From Macrostomum lignano (lineage: Eukaryota), in the NCBI GenBank assembly GCA_002269645.1, contig NIVC01003210.1:1-64000 (forward strand): 64,000 bases of DNA, written 5' to 3'. Position 1 is the stretch's first letter. Each line of letters begins with the position of its first letter. The notes under the pieces are model-generated. The model was not told where the DNA came from. It ran no database searches and saw nothing but the letters and a program-made list of their open reading frames with translations. This document shows, one piece after another, positions 25,801 to 38,287 of the stretch. A program made the translations under genes and the position numbers.

Positions 25801-26320
25801 CATAGGAGCGTCATGAAAAAATCATAGAAGCGTCATGTAAAAATCATGGAAGCGTCATGTAAAAAATCATAGAAGCATCATGTAAAAATCATAGTAGCAT
25901 CATGTAAAAAATCATAGAAGCGTCATGTAAAAATCATAGAAGCGTCATATAAACAATCATAGAAGCGTCATATAAACAATCATAGAAGCGTCATGTAAAA
26001 AGCATAGAAGCGTCATGTAAAAAGCATAGAAGCGTCATGTAGACAATCATAGAAGCGTCAAGTAAAAAATCATAGAAGCGTCATGTAAAAATCATAGAAG
26101 CGTCATGTAAACAATCATAGAAGCGTCATGTAAACAATCATGGAAGCGTCATATAAAAAAATCATAGAAGCGTCATGTAAAAAGCATAGAAGCGTCATAT
26201 AAACAATCATAGAAGCATTATATAAAAAATCATAGAAGCATCATGTGAAAATCTTAGAAGCGTCATGAAAAAATCAGAAGCATCATGTAAAAATCTTAGA
26301 AGCGTCATGAAAAAATCATA
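22885..26320. repeat. about 23-bp satellite (AATCATAGAAGCGTCATGTAAAA)n with a 1.06-1.1 kb higher-order repeat
   Basis: The unique variant GGAGCGTCCTGCAGAAATTG has its CTGCAG at 23355, 24460 and 25519, and the surrounding variant order is also repeated. Confidence 0.95.
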
Positions 26321-27230
26321 GAAGCCTAATTTAAAAACTAATGAAAGTGTCATTTAAAAAATTAAGAAGCATCATGGTAGAATAAAAGAAGCGTCATGTC
26401 AGACATGAAGGGTGTCATGTAAAAATTAAATGCAGCTATAATGCTGTGCTGGGGTGAAAAACTGAGACGTAAAGGCTCTCAGAGAATAACTGAGATTACG
26501 GGGGGGGGGTTTCTGAGATGTCAAAGCAAAAGTCAGAAGCTACTTCAAAGTTCATGTACTTTACTCAATTTTTTTATTGCATTCTTTGTTGGCTCGCCAC
26601 GGGGGGCGCTGATAGAAGAAGAGTCATGTAAAAAATAAAAGTAGCACTAAGTATACATAAAAGAAAAGTCATGTCGAAGTTAAAAGATTCATTTGGGAAT
26701 GGCTACGATGTCAAAGCTTGGTGGAAATCGTTATAGTGCTGTGATTCTTAAAGAAGGAATCACTAAAATGTCAAGGCTTAGGGGAGAAGAATTTCTGAGA
26801 TTTCAAGGCTTTAGGTTCGGTTAAAGTTAGTTTTTAGGTCAGGTGTGGGTTGAGGGTTAGATTTTATCAGGTTTCAAGGTTAACAGGGGATTTTTTAGAT
26901 TTCAAGGTTTATGGGGGCCATCGCTGACATGTCAAGGCTTACGGGGGGAATAGCTGAGATGTCAAGGCTCACGGGGTATAAATGAAATTTCAAGGCTAAA
27001 GCCAGAAGCTACATGTAGTTTATTGAAAACTTTTTATTACATTATTTGATGCCTCCTCAGGGGAGGGATCGCTGATAAAAAAGCGTAATGTAAAAAATAA
27101 AAGAAGCTTCATGTCGAAGTTAAGAGATTCATTTGGGAATCCCTACGATGTCGAGGCTTGCAGGGAATTGCTATAATGCTGTAGTAGTGCTATAATGACT
27201 CTTAAAGAGAATTACTAAAATTTTAATGCT

Positions 27231-27298
27231 TTAGGGTTAGGTTACGGTTAGGGTTAGGGTTAGGGTTAGGGTTAGGGTTAGGCTAGGGTTAGGGTTAG
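27231..27298 (+). repeat. interstitial telomeric repeat (TTAGGG)n
   Basis: About 10 perfect or near-perfect TTAGGG units. Confidence 0.85.
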
Positions 27299-29877
27299 AA
27301 GGTTGACAGATATTTTTAGATTTCCAAGGCTTATTGGGGGCATTGCTGAGATATCAAGGGGGGGAAGTTGATATGTTAAAGCTTGTGGGGGGAATTACTG
27401 ACATGTCAAGGCTTACAAGGTTTGACAGGAGATTTTTTAAGATTTCAAGGATACATGTAGCTTATTAAAAAAACGTATATTGCATTTCTTTGGCTCCCCA
27501 ACGGGGGGCGTAGATTGCTAGTATGGGGGCTAAAAATTTTTTTACCAATTAGCACAATCCAAAAATTGTTTTTGGAATTATTTCTGATTTTAAATTTAGA
27601 TTTTTCAAACTTAAATTTACATATACATTTAAATCAACCACTAGGAGGTTGGTAAAAAGAGGTTCAAAGGTAGGGAAATCCTTTACAAAAATTAAACATA
27701 TGTTTTAATAAAGGAAAAGAAACCTATTGATGCTAAAATATAGGCCTATGTTGTATACTAATATGGTTTGCCTCTATAGCCATTCATTTCATTGCTCTCT
27801 TGATGAGCCATGACTAGTTGTGGCTATAACTATCCTAACAACTTTAGCTAGTTGGCTGGCTGTCTCAATTCTAGTCTACCTTATTAAGTGACAAACTCCT
27901 ATTCTTCTGAGCTGCACAATGGAAGACAAATAAGGATAGGAACTCAAAGTGATTCAACTCAAAGTCTATAGAATTACACTAAGATAGGTTAGAAAACAAG
28001 AGTGCCCCACTCTGCACTCTGCGCCACCTTGTATTATTGCCTTTACAATGGATATTTATTAGTGGGGATGTAACCTCTGCCTTAGCATTCACTCTATACT
28101 TATTGCTAGATGGTGCGCAGACCATCTTGCCCTTAGAGGGGCTATAGTTGGCATTTAGGAGTTCTGGCATGCATGGACAATATGGTTCCTTCAACAAGCT
28201 TGCATTTATTCTCAACCTTTGAATGTCCTTGGATTGATCTGCTCACCTTATCCCTGTCAGTCTTTATCCAACCTTTGACTGGCTCAATCCCTGTGGTCAC
28301 TAGTATGCTTGGCCTTGTCCCAGGTAGAAGCCTCCATTGATCAATTCTCCTCCAAGGGTCCCTCCTCTCTATTGTGGTATGAGTACTAAGTACAAGTGTG
28401 AGGTATTGAGTACCTTAGTTGTATTGAATTTATGTTTTAATGTATTCTAAATTCAATTCTTGATCAATTCAAAGCATTGCATAACATTTAATTCAAGCCA
28501 ATCTGCCAAATGTATACATTCAATATGCATGTTTATTTTGAGAAAGGCTTCTTTATTTTATGCAAAAAATTATCAACTATAACCCATACTTGCACTATTT
28601 AATTAGAAGTTTTCTTGTAATAGTAAAAGTTATGACTAGTATTGATAAATTTGTCAATATGAAAAGTATTAGAATATTTCTTAAAATATGCTTTTTGTAT
28701 AAGTTAAGTTATTTCTTATATTACAAATAAGAAAGCAGAAACCAGTGCGGTTATTTCTGAAGCTGCGCGATACCGAAAGGAAAAAAATCCCTGCTGGCAG
28801 CGCACCAAAGTCATCATGGCCAACAAAGGTTTCGCTGAATGCAGTGCTTTTTCTGAGGAATTTCCAGATGCTAACTTTGTTCATTAAGGAACCAATCGGT
28901 ATCCATATCATTTTTTCAACGCAAACATGTCATCTAGGTAATTCTAAGATTTGTATTAAAAAACTAGACTGAACAGTCCAGATCTTAAACAAAGTTTTAG
29001 TATCTGCTATGGGCTAGACACAATAATTAAGCTTCAAATCTTAAGTCTTAAGTATCTTCAAGTACAATTAGTATATACTCTTTAGCAGGAACAGAATTAT
29101 TAGCAAATTCTATTTTTTGTAGACTCCATTTTTGCATCTTTATTTTTTCTTACAGCAGCACCCTATTCCTTTGAAAAAATTTATAGCTAGCAAAGCGAGT
29201 TACAAGCAAATATTCTGCAAGAATGTTTAAAAGGGTAAAAGACAATTTGTTGGCGATCTTAATTGCAATTGTTTTAACAATTTAACATGCCAAAGAAGCA
29301 CAATAATTGAATCATAACAAATTGTTTCATAATTTCATTGTGTACAATGTATTGTGTAACATTATATGTAATTGGACTCAATCTATATTTTTAATATAAC
29401 TGACCGGTCGAGCATTAAAATACATTCAGACTGTACATGTACATCACATTTAATCTGTCATCTCTTACATTACCTCCTCGTTCCAATATGCACATGGTGC
29501 ATGCACATGTGCCTACCCTTTTCAATCAATTATTCCGCACGTTGCACTTATTAATATACCAATTGGTTTTCTATGATACACCATAAAGCTACTGCCATTA
29601 GAGTACTATCGTGGCATCTGCATCGATATAGTATGCAATATAGATGAGATATACATATACCTTTGAGATAGATATTACTATCTAATCTAAATGCTAGATA
29701 AGCATTGAGCAGTTTCAACAATTGTGCAAAGACAAATGTGCCTGCAAGCTAAATTTTAAGTGAAACTAATTGCGCATATAGTTGTACACTAGTATAACAA
29801 TATATTGATCAAGATATGAGTAAAGAAGCCGTTAAAACCAGACATATTCCCTACAAGTAGATAGTACTAGTAATATA

Positions 29878-30005
29878 TTTAACTGGACAAATAACAAAAT
29901 GGCTATTTGTCCAGTAAAATAACCAGACGAATAGTGAAATGGCTATTTGTCCAGTAACCAGACGAATAACCATGTCGCTATTTGTCCAGTCACCGGACAA
30001 ATAAC
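29878..30005. repeat. cluster of direct and inverted GGACAAATA/TATTTGTCC motifs (transposon-subterminal-like)
   Basis: Five copies of the motif in both orientations within about 130 bp. Confidence 0.55.
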
Positions 30006-30667
30006 AACTGCCATAAAACAAATATACTTTTAGTAAACTGTATTATCAACTTAGAAACTTTTAAAATTTACCTAATAAAGCACAATAAAACACTAGCAAA
30101 CTCTAGTGTTCGGCTATAGCCGTAGCTACAGCTACAGGATCCTATGGCAAATACGGTAAAATAGGTGCCTACTGCAGCTATGGATATGCCTAGGGTAGCT
30201 AGCTGCTCTTATGGCTACGACTAAGGAAATATGGTAGTTGCTGTCACATTCTGTAGATTTCCATAGCTGTAGTTATTAATGTTAAAATGGAAAAAAATAT
30301 TAGAAACAGGTAGAGTAAAACAAAGATACTTTTAGTAAACTGTATTATCAACCTAGCATAAAATATACCTAAAACTGTACAATAAAACACTAGCAAACTC
30401 TAATTTTTATTAATGTGAAAAATTTTAGCGTTAGTACTTTCAATAATGACTAAGTATTGTTGCTTTGAAAAAAAGACGAAATATAATCTTACAAAGACAA
30501 TTAAGTGTTTCTTTTATTTTCTAATTTAATTTGCAGTTGTTTAAGCACTAGGTTATTTTCTTGATTCAAAATATTTTGTTTTTTAGACTTTTTGTTAAAA
30601 CTATGGCTATGGCTATGAGAACTATAGGAATATGATAATTTTGGGGTCCCTATGGCTACGGAATACG

Positions 30668-30934
30668 CAGGGGCGTAGCCAGGATTTTTTTTGGGGGGTA
30701 TCGGTTAGCTGTTATCAGAAGGCAAGGGCTTGAGATCCACATATCCCCTTAATGTATTTCTAGTGCATAATACATATAATTACTCTATTTGTTTGTTAAT
30801 TGTTATTCTTTTGATTTGGATACCTTTCTCTTCCTTAACGGTCATAATTGCAACTGAAAAAAGGAAAAAAAATGTTGCTTTGGAAATTTGGGGGTATTGG
30901 CTGATATACCAATACCCCCCTCGCTACGCCCCTG
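30668..30934. mobile_element. hAT-type MITE (267 bp)
   Basis: TIRs CAGGGGCGTAGC/GCTACGCCCCTG and 8-bp TSD GGAATACG (30660-30667 and 30935-30942). Confidence 0.9.
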
Positions 30935-32732
30935 GGAATACGGAGAACTGGAGTAAGCTATAGTTTTGTTTATGGCTATGACTATGGTACATAGACCCTC
31001 TTTATAATGGAACACTAGTGATTTAGCAGCAAACTCAAAGAATCTGCTGATCCTATGGCATATTTGTTGTAATGAGATATATTAGGTGTATATTTTTTTC
31101 AATAATTTTTTTAATCCTATCTTGTCTTGTCTCAAAATTTTTCAACTTCATTTTTTTGTCTCAAATCTTGTCTTGATCCAAATCTTGATTTCCAACATCT
31201 TTAAAAGATTGTACTTTTGTACTTTTCATTTCTTATACCTTACAATCATAAAAATGCATGGCACCTTTGGTTTTATACATCTATTTTATCATCTCTGTTA
31301 CAAATATTTGTTACACAGTAAGTAAGCTAAGAATGATAAAATAGACTTAAAACCAAAGAGCTAAACTATACCATTTTAATGGTTTTAAGGAACAAGATAT
31401 GTGCAAATATACATAGAAAAAAATTTAACATAGCATACAATCCTAACTATTTGTACAAAAAGCTTGTAAACCAAAACTGGCAAAATAGAAGGTGATTGTA
31501 AATTGAAGGATTGCCAATTTTATTATCAGATATAAATTTATTGAAGCTTAAAAAATCTTAATAAGGCAAATAAGGCAAGGGATTTTATAGATAATACTAT
31601 CAATAAGCCCTACCTAATTTGCTTCTAAAAATTTGATTGTATTTAACCACTGGCATTACTATTGGCATAAGGCATTAGAATGTTTTAAGTGGAGGTGAGG
31701 CAATTATCAGTAATACTCCCACTTTAAAAGTACAGGGGCTATGGCTCCCTGCCCCCTCCTATTCTGATGCATATGATCATGATTCATTACTCATGTTATT
31801 ATCAATTTTTGTAATTGATCCTATGCATATGGATCTTAGAAGTTAGATCCCAAATCTGACCCAACCCCAATTTAATCTGTATTTTACCGTCTACCTCTCA
31901 TCCATCGTCAGAATCATTATGAGTGTACGCCCGAATAAAAATGAACAATTACAAATAGAATAAATGCATGCCAAAAAAAGGTTTAAAAACTCAAGCCGGC
32001 GAGCTAAAAATCGGAAAAGATATTAATTTTTTTGCTTTTTTTTAATTCAAATGAAAAATGTAACGCTTAAAGAGCAAATATATTTTAGAGTACTTTAAAG
32101 TTTATAAATTTTAGAGTTTTAGCTATAAAATTGATGGCAATAAACCAATAAGCTTTAAGATTTGTTAAAATGCGCTGTCACAAGGTTAAAACCAAAAGCT
32201 TGATTTTACACTGAAAATGAACTTTTCAATCTTTTTTCCACTTAACACAAACTTCTGCGTGAATGCATAAAGTGAACGCCAGGTATGACGTAGCGAGTTC
32301 GAAATTTATAGTTAGCGATTAATTAATTATTAGTTATTTATTTATTAGTTAGCTAGTTCAATTATTAGTAGTGTTGACACGCAGAGTCGAGACAAAACGC
32401 CGAGTTGAGGAGAGTACAAAAACGAGCGCGAGGCAACAATTTAAATTGGCGGAAAATCCGATTCATTTAAACCTAAGATGTCTATCAAAAAATTATTTAG
32501 CTGGGGAACCTGCAAATTAATCAACTAAAATAATTTTAAGTAATAAAAACTCAGATAGAAACTAAAAATTTAAGATGCTAACGACGTCGTCACACAGGTA
32601 TACACGCCGAACTTTTTAAAGAGACAAACTTTTAGAATAAAAAAATATTGGTGAGAGCGCAATTCTAGATATTTTGTGCATCTATACTCCAAATATTTTG
32701 CGTCTTTTACCATGCAGCTGTTGGTTCTCACA

Positions 32733-32792
32733 AATATTTTATTCTACCTGACGATGCTGTGTTTAGCGAAACACGTCGTAAAAAAAATAAAG
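32733..32792 (+). ncRNA. minimal type I hammerhead ribozyme motif (Penelope/retrozyme type)
   Basis: CTGACGA (32748-54), an extra U, stem II GCTG-TGTT-TAGC, GAAA (32768-71), short helix III AC-AC-GT, cleavage triplet GTC (32775-77). Stem I pairs TATTTT(A)TTCTAC with GTAAAAAAAATA and is followed by AATAAA. Confidence 0.62.
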
Positions 32793-33308
32793 CTTTTGTT
32801 TTTTTCGCAATGGTTACATGTGTATCATCGCAATCTACAAATACTATGTACTTTCGGAAAATAAAATATTTCTAGTTGGCTTTATTTGTCTTTTTAAAAT
32901 CAGTCATGAAGATGAAAGTACAACTAATGTGTGTTGACTAATACCATTTAACGTACGAGTACAGCTGGAAGAACTAATACAGATTTTACATAATTATTTT
33001 TCCTTCATTGTTGCGAATTTGGTTAGATTGTTGCCGATCGAGTTTTGCTTTCGCTGAATTTGTTTATCGCCGAATTGGTCAGCATCCATAAGTTGTAGTG
33101 ATGACGAAGTGTCCACAAGTCTCGGTGATCACTTTGTCATCTGCACCCTTTGAGACTTTGGACAGTTCGTCATCTGGATGTGCAAAGCTATAGTAGCGTG
33201 CTTAAACGGATCGTGCAGGGGTCGCTTAATTGGCTGGAGTTATAGTCATTTAATCCAAGTGATTTACAAGGCTGTGTTCTAGTCGGTTTTGATTGTTTAA
33301 TTAAATGT

Positions 33309-33885
33309 CATGAAAAATGCCACCGATCAATAGCGACCGCGGATCCTCCTCCCCCCCCCCCTGGCAACGGATCCCTCCTGGAAAAGGGACTAAAAGTAGT
33401 GCCGTGGGGGACTGAAGCGTACGTAGATCGGGGAGAACCGCAGCTAACACAACCACTGCGTTAAAATCCTCCGCTACGGCCCTGCGAGGGCAGCTAGAGC
33501 GGATCCTCTCCTTAGCGACCAGCTCTAGCTAGTTTAGCGCGGTTTTGGGGCTGAACCAGCGAATCCGGCCTATTGGCTTGCTGCGCAAGCCAGGGACACT
33601 GAGCATAGCGCGGAGCACAAGCAAAGCATGCACAGCTCAATGACTTTATGTCTGCAAAGTTTAAAAGCAGATTGCTGCAAGCATCCTGCGTGTGTTGCTG
33701 TCTACTATTACCTTTTCGAGTTTAGCTAGCTATGAAATGATGTAGAGCCTCATGTTATCAGTGCATATGGGAATATCATATTGGCATGACTGGCCTGAAC
33801 TGGTCCACTACGCGTTTTAATTTCTCCTTTAGCGGCTGTGGGGTGGCGTCAGGCAGGAGAGCTGGCCAAAAATGGCTGGGAGCCA
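33309..33885. repeat. dispersed repeat of about 600 bp, copy 1
   Basis: Colinear similarity to 38288-39015 (ATGCCACCGATCAATAGCG, GCGAGGGCAG, GGGACACTGAGCATAGC, GACTGGCCTGAACTGG). Confidence 0.75.
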
Positions 33886-34149
33886 TTATTGGGGTTGTGT
33901 GTGTGGTGTAGCAGAAGCCGTTGCTAGGGGGGGATTGCACGGATTCAGCTTCTATACAATTTTAAATTAATAATGAGAAATTTATGGTAACGTAACGAGC
34001 TCGTATAGGGGCCGGCGTTTTGTGCATGGGCTTCTGCGCTTTCTTGGGCGGCAAAATAAGGGTTTTTGGGCGCCCCTTTCTTCAACTGCTTTTAGAGGTG
34101 CCAAAAAACACACGTACTGTTCGAGCCTGTGTTACTTTTCGGGGCTTCA

Positions 34150-34230
34150 GTTCTAAGCTTTAGCTGAAACTAATCGATCACATAGATAGATAGATAGATA
34201 GACACAGACAGACCATTTTTAGTATATAGG
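34150..34230 (-). mobile_element. Helitron 5' terminus (same family as 22280), extent to the left undetermined
   Basis: The reverse complement reads A|TCCTATATACTAAAAATG followed by a (GTCT)/(ATCT)n microsatellite. Confidence 0.6.
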
Positions 34231-34296
34231 ATGGTACTGCTATGCCGTGATAAGGGCCGAAAATTTGCACTTTAGTTGCTGCCATGTGTTGCCTCA

Positions 34297-35376
34297 GACC
34301 ACAGCAGCCATATGCATTGCGTCATAACAACAGCAGCCATGCTTTGCGTCATGACAACAGCAGCCATATGCATTGCGTCATAACAACAGCAGCCATGCTT
34401 TGCGTCATGACAACAGCAGCCATATGCATTGCGTCATAACAACAGCAGCCATACTTTGCGTCATGACAACAGCAGCCATATGCATTGCGTCATAACAACA
34501 GCAGCCATGCATTGCGTCATGACAACAGCAGCCATGCATTGCGTCATGACAACAGCAGCCATATGCATTGCGTCATGACAACAGCAGCCATATGCATTGC
34601 GTCATGACAACAGCAGCCATATGCATTGCGTCATGGCAACAGCAGCCATATGCATTGCGTCATGACAACAGCAGCCATATGCATTGCGTCATGACAACAG
34701 CAGCCATGCATTGCGTCATGACAACAGCAGCCATATGCATTGCGTCATGACAACAGCAGCCATATGCATTGCGTCATAACAACAGCAGCCATGCTTTGCG
34801 TCATGACAACAGCAGCCATGCATTGCGTCATGACAACAGCAGCCATATGCATTGCGTCATAACAACAGCAGCCATGCATTGCGTCATGACAACAGCAGCC
34901 ATGCATTGCGTCATGACAACAGCAGCCATGCATTGCGTCATGACAACAGCAGCCATGCATTGCGTCATGACAACAGCAGCCATGCATTGCGTCATGACAA
35001 CAGCAGCCATATGCATTGCGTCATAACAACAGCAGCCATGCATTGCGTCATGACAACAGCAGCCATGCATTGCGTCATGACAACAGCAGCCATGCATTGC
35101 GTCATGACAACAGCAGCCATGCATTGCGTCATGACAACAGCAGCCATGCATTGCGTCATGCAACAGCAGCCATGCATTGCGTCATGACAACAGCAGCCAT
35201 GCATTGCGTCATGACAACAGCAGCCATATGCATTGCGTCATGACAACAGCAGCCATATGCATTGCGTCATGACAACAGCAGCCATATGCATTGCGTCATG
35301 ACAACAGCAGCCATATGCATTGCGTCATGACAACAGCAGCCATATGCATTGCGTCATGACAACAGCAGCCATGCAT
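34297..35376. repeat. 27/29-bp minisatellite (GCATTGCGTCATGACAACAGCAGCCAT[AT])n
   Basis: About 38 tandem units. Confidence 0.96.
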
Positions 35377-35910
35377 TGCAAAAGCTTGCCAAAATTCTAG
35401 CAGGTAACCGTGAAATCTGTCTAATTTTGACATCTTGGCGAAATCCGTAAAGAATCAAAACTTTTTTTGAGCATCGACGCTCTTCGATTAAGAAACTGCA
35501 GACTTGACTTCCTGTCTCGCATTCTGCAGCGAAAGCGCCGTGCAGCAAGCAACCTGCGAAATTGGCACAATTTGCGAAACCAGTTCCTTCAGCTGCTTCA
35601 GCTGTCCACGGCTCATGGTGCACTCATCAGCTTTCATCAACCTGCTATTGGTCGCCTAACGTGGGGGATTTCAGAAGCGCATTGAATGAGCCGTTTTCAA
35701 CAGGATTAATTTAAGTGGTGGCAGCCTCTCCTACACTATACTGGGTCTGTGGGGATAATTATTTACCAAAATAGAAGATACAGGACTAAACTAACTAGTG
35801 AGTATTCGATACCAATATTTGAATGCCCTAACTAGCTCAAGTCCTTTCTAACCCTCGACAGCACTGCCATTCGAATTCGTTAATCTGAATTCACGGACAG
35901 GAATTCCGAC

Positions 35911-37507
35911 ATGACTAGCCGGAGAAACTGCATCTTTGAATTCGCGCTTACTGTCTGCTTGACAACTGCAACAGCTGCGGAAGTGATCAGTCCGGGTGTA
36001 CAGTTCACCGCGGCCAGGACGGGCAGCGCTGTCGCTCCGCCGGAGTTTCTCGCGCGAATTGAAGACAGCGAGATCGGCTGCGGTATCGCTTGCAGCCACA
36101 GGTCGGACTGTTTCGGCTTCTACTGGCTGCTCGGTGCTTGTCGGCTGTTCGACTTGCACGCGTTTTTCAACCTTGACGCCTGGGTCAGCATCGGCACGTG
36201 CGACGTCTTCCTGCGAGGTGGGTCATCTGATCACAATTGCATATTGCGTAATCGCAGTGGCGTAGGCAGAGAGGAGACAGCAGCTCCCACAAGGACAGGG
36301 CGGCCCACCAAGAGACAGGGGTGCCTTCCAAGAGACAGAAGCGGCCCACCAAGAGACAGGGGTGCCTTCCAAGAGACAGAAGCGGCCCACCAAGAGACAG
36401 GGGTGCCTTCCAAGAGACAGAAGCGGCCCACCAAGAGACAGGGGTGCCTTCCAAGAGACAGAAGCGGCCCACCAAGAGACAGGGGTGCCTTCCAAGAGAC
36501 AGAAGCGGCCCACCAAGAGACAGGGGTGCCTTCCAAGAGACAGAAGCGGCCCACCAAGAGACAGGGGTGCCTTCCAAGAGACAGAAGCGGCCCACCAAGA
36601 GACAGGGGTGCCTTCCGAGAGACAGAAGCGGCCCACCAAGAGACAGGGGTGCCTTCCGAGAGACAGAAGCGGCCCACCAAGAGACAGGGGTGCCTTCCGA
36701 GAGACAGAAGCGGCCCACCAAGAGACAGGGGTGCCTTCCAAGAGACAGAAGCGGCCCACCAAGAGACAGGAGCAGCCCACCAAGAGACAGAAGCGGCCCA
36801 CCAAGAGACAGGAGCAGCCCACCAAGAGACAGGAGCAGCCCACCAAGAGACAGGGGCAGCCCACCAAGACACCAAATACTGGCGCCCCTTTGGGTTGCGG
36901 TCCCTCCAATTAAATTTCCTACCAACGTCACTGTATTGCGTTTGATTAAATCCATCATCTCATCAGCCAGGTAATTAGACAAAACTGCTTGCATGTTCCT
37001 AAGTTGAAGATTTTGAGACAATAATTATGCATACAGATTGAAAACAAAATGTAAACATTGAAACGTTACTGATGTAACCCGGTCGAGCGTTTCTATATTA
37101 CAGATTTTACACCAGAGAAACTGCCGATTTCCACCTGCCAAGAGAGTTCATCGAAAGTGCCGTGCAGCCGCGCCATCGATGGCGTAGCAAATCAATATTA
37201 TCACAACCTCTCCTGCAGTCACACCAATTTAAACCTCAATGAGTGGTGGGAGGCCAGTCTCACGACTCCATCCCTCGTGTCATTCGTCACCATCTATAAC
37301 AGACTGGACTGCTGTGGTCATCGACTAAACAAGTTCGACATCCTTGTGGACGGGTCCGTGTGCAACCAAGTGAGGCTCAGCGCTCCATTCTCCGTTTCCA
37401 ACTTCTCCTGCAACGCCTACGGCTCGAAAATCCGCATATTGAGTCGCAGCAATCCGGCAGAGCCGGTCACCATCTGCGAGTTTATGGCCTATAAAATCCA
37501 AGGTTAG
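35911..37507 (+). CDS. secreted PAN/Apple-domain + F-type (fucolectin) lectin, 2 exons, about 236 aa
   Basis: Exons 35911-36217 and 37104-37507 (phase 1; G|AT = Asp). Signal peptide, then PAN-like CGIACSHRSDCFGF...CRLF. F-type motifs SRAIDG, CSHT, EWW and NRLDCCGHRL (H...RxDxxxxR with vicinal Cys). Confidence 0.88.
36290..36870. repeat. 41-bp intronic minisatellite made of 21+20-bp halves
   Basis: CCAAGAGACAGAAGCGGCCCA + CCAAGAGACAGGGGTGCCTT, with 21-bp monomers at the 3' edge. Confidence 0.95.
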
Positions 37508-38287
37508 CAAGAGATTTGAGCACTGTGGTGTCGCGCTCGTTGCGACTCTTGAATCGATCTTGAGAAAGAAAAATCTACCGTGAAAATGCGAAAATCAGCC
37601 AAGAAAACATTATGAAAATAACAACACATGTCGGAGAAGGATGCTATATATTGTCTAAATAAAAACTTTAACCCTCTGCTATATAACGTCAAGACAATTT
37701 TTGAGTCAATAAAATTCACTTAACCTTCGTTCCTGTTCGCGCACCTCCCAATGGTTATCACTCGACCCAGCTAGCTGTTTGTATTATCTCTCTAAGCAAA
37801 AAATCGTTTTAAAATCCATCAAAAACTGGAAGTCCAACATTTTACCTTTCATTTTTACCTAGAAATATAAATCAGAAGACCAACAGTACATTATATATTC
37901 TCGGTCAAAGTTGCATTATATCGCAAGAAAGTATTATTTGCATTTTTTGTTTGTCTCTTTGCCCATATAATTTTTTTAGGATTTTTAGTTCGAACTCCAA
38001 TTTTAGCTCTTTAACATGTGCATTTCGCACCCGAAGGGGGTCAACTTGCTAGTCAATATACTCGTACTCGCGCTCAGACAGACAGTTAATATTGACAGTA
38101 ACAGCTAGCACCTTAGCATTCTTGTTGAAGCGAAACCCTTCAATTTTTTTAGTTCATTTTTTTACGGCAGATGGGTGCTATAAAATAGAGTTACTGACAG
38201 AAGAACAAACGGTAGCTAGCAGGAGCAACGAGACGGGCCTTGAGCCGCCTCTGCCACCTCAGCCAGCCAGAACAACCTTGCGGGAGC

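Larger units (their letters stand above)
22280..27521 (+). mobile_element. non-autonomous Helitron carrying a satellite array and a telomeric tract
   Basis: 5' end A|TCCTATATACTAAAAATG followed by (CTTG)n and an AACCGATTTTCATGA motif. 3' end is the hairpin GCTCCCC-AAC-GGGGGGC, then CTAG (27518-27521)|T. The same 5' terminus recurs at 34230 and a related one at 59261. Confidence 0.68.

Noticed and set aside
27231-27298. True chromosome end
   Set aside because: The tract is short, imperfect and followed by more than 36 kb of genic sequence.
27700-28400. Coding-like stretch with a 78-aa minus-strand ORF and an adjacent open frame
   Set aside because: No motif, splice structure or family could be recognised. 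It may be an old retroelement remnant, but this is unsupported.
36218-37021. 344-aa and related ORFs with RDRSGPP repeats
   Set aside because: They result from read-through of the lectin intron minisatellite. The spliced model gives a coherent two-domain protein.
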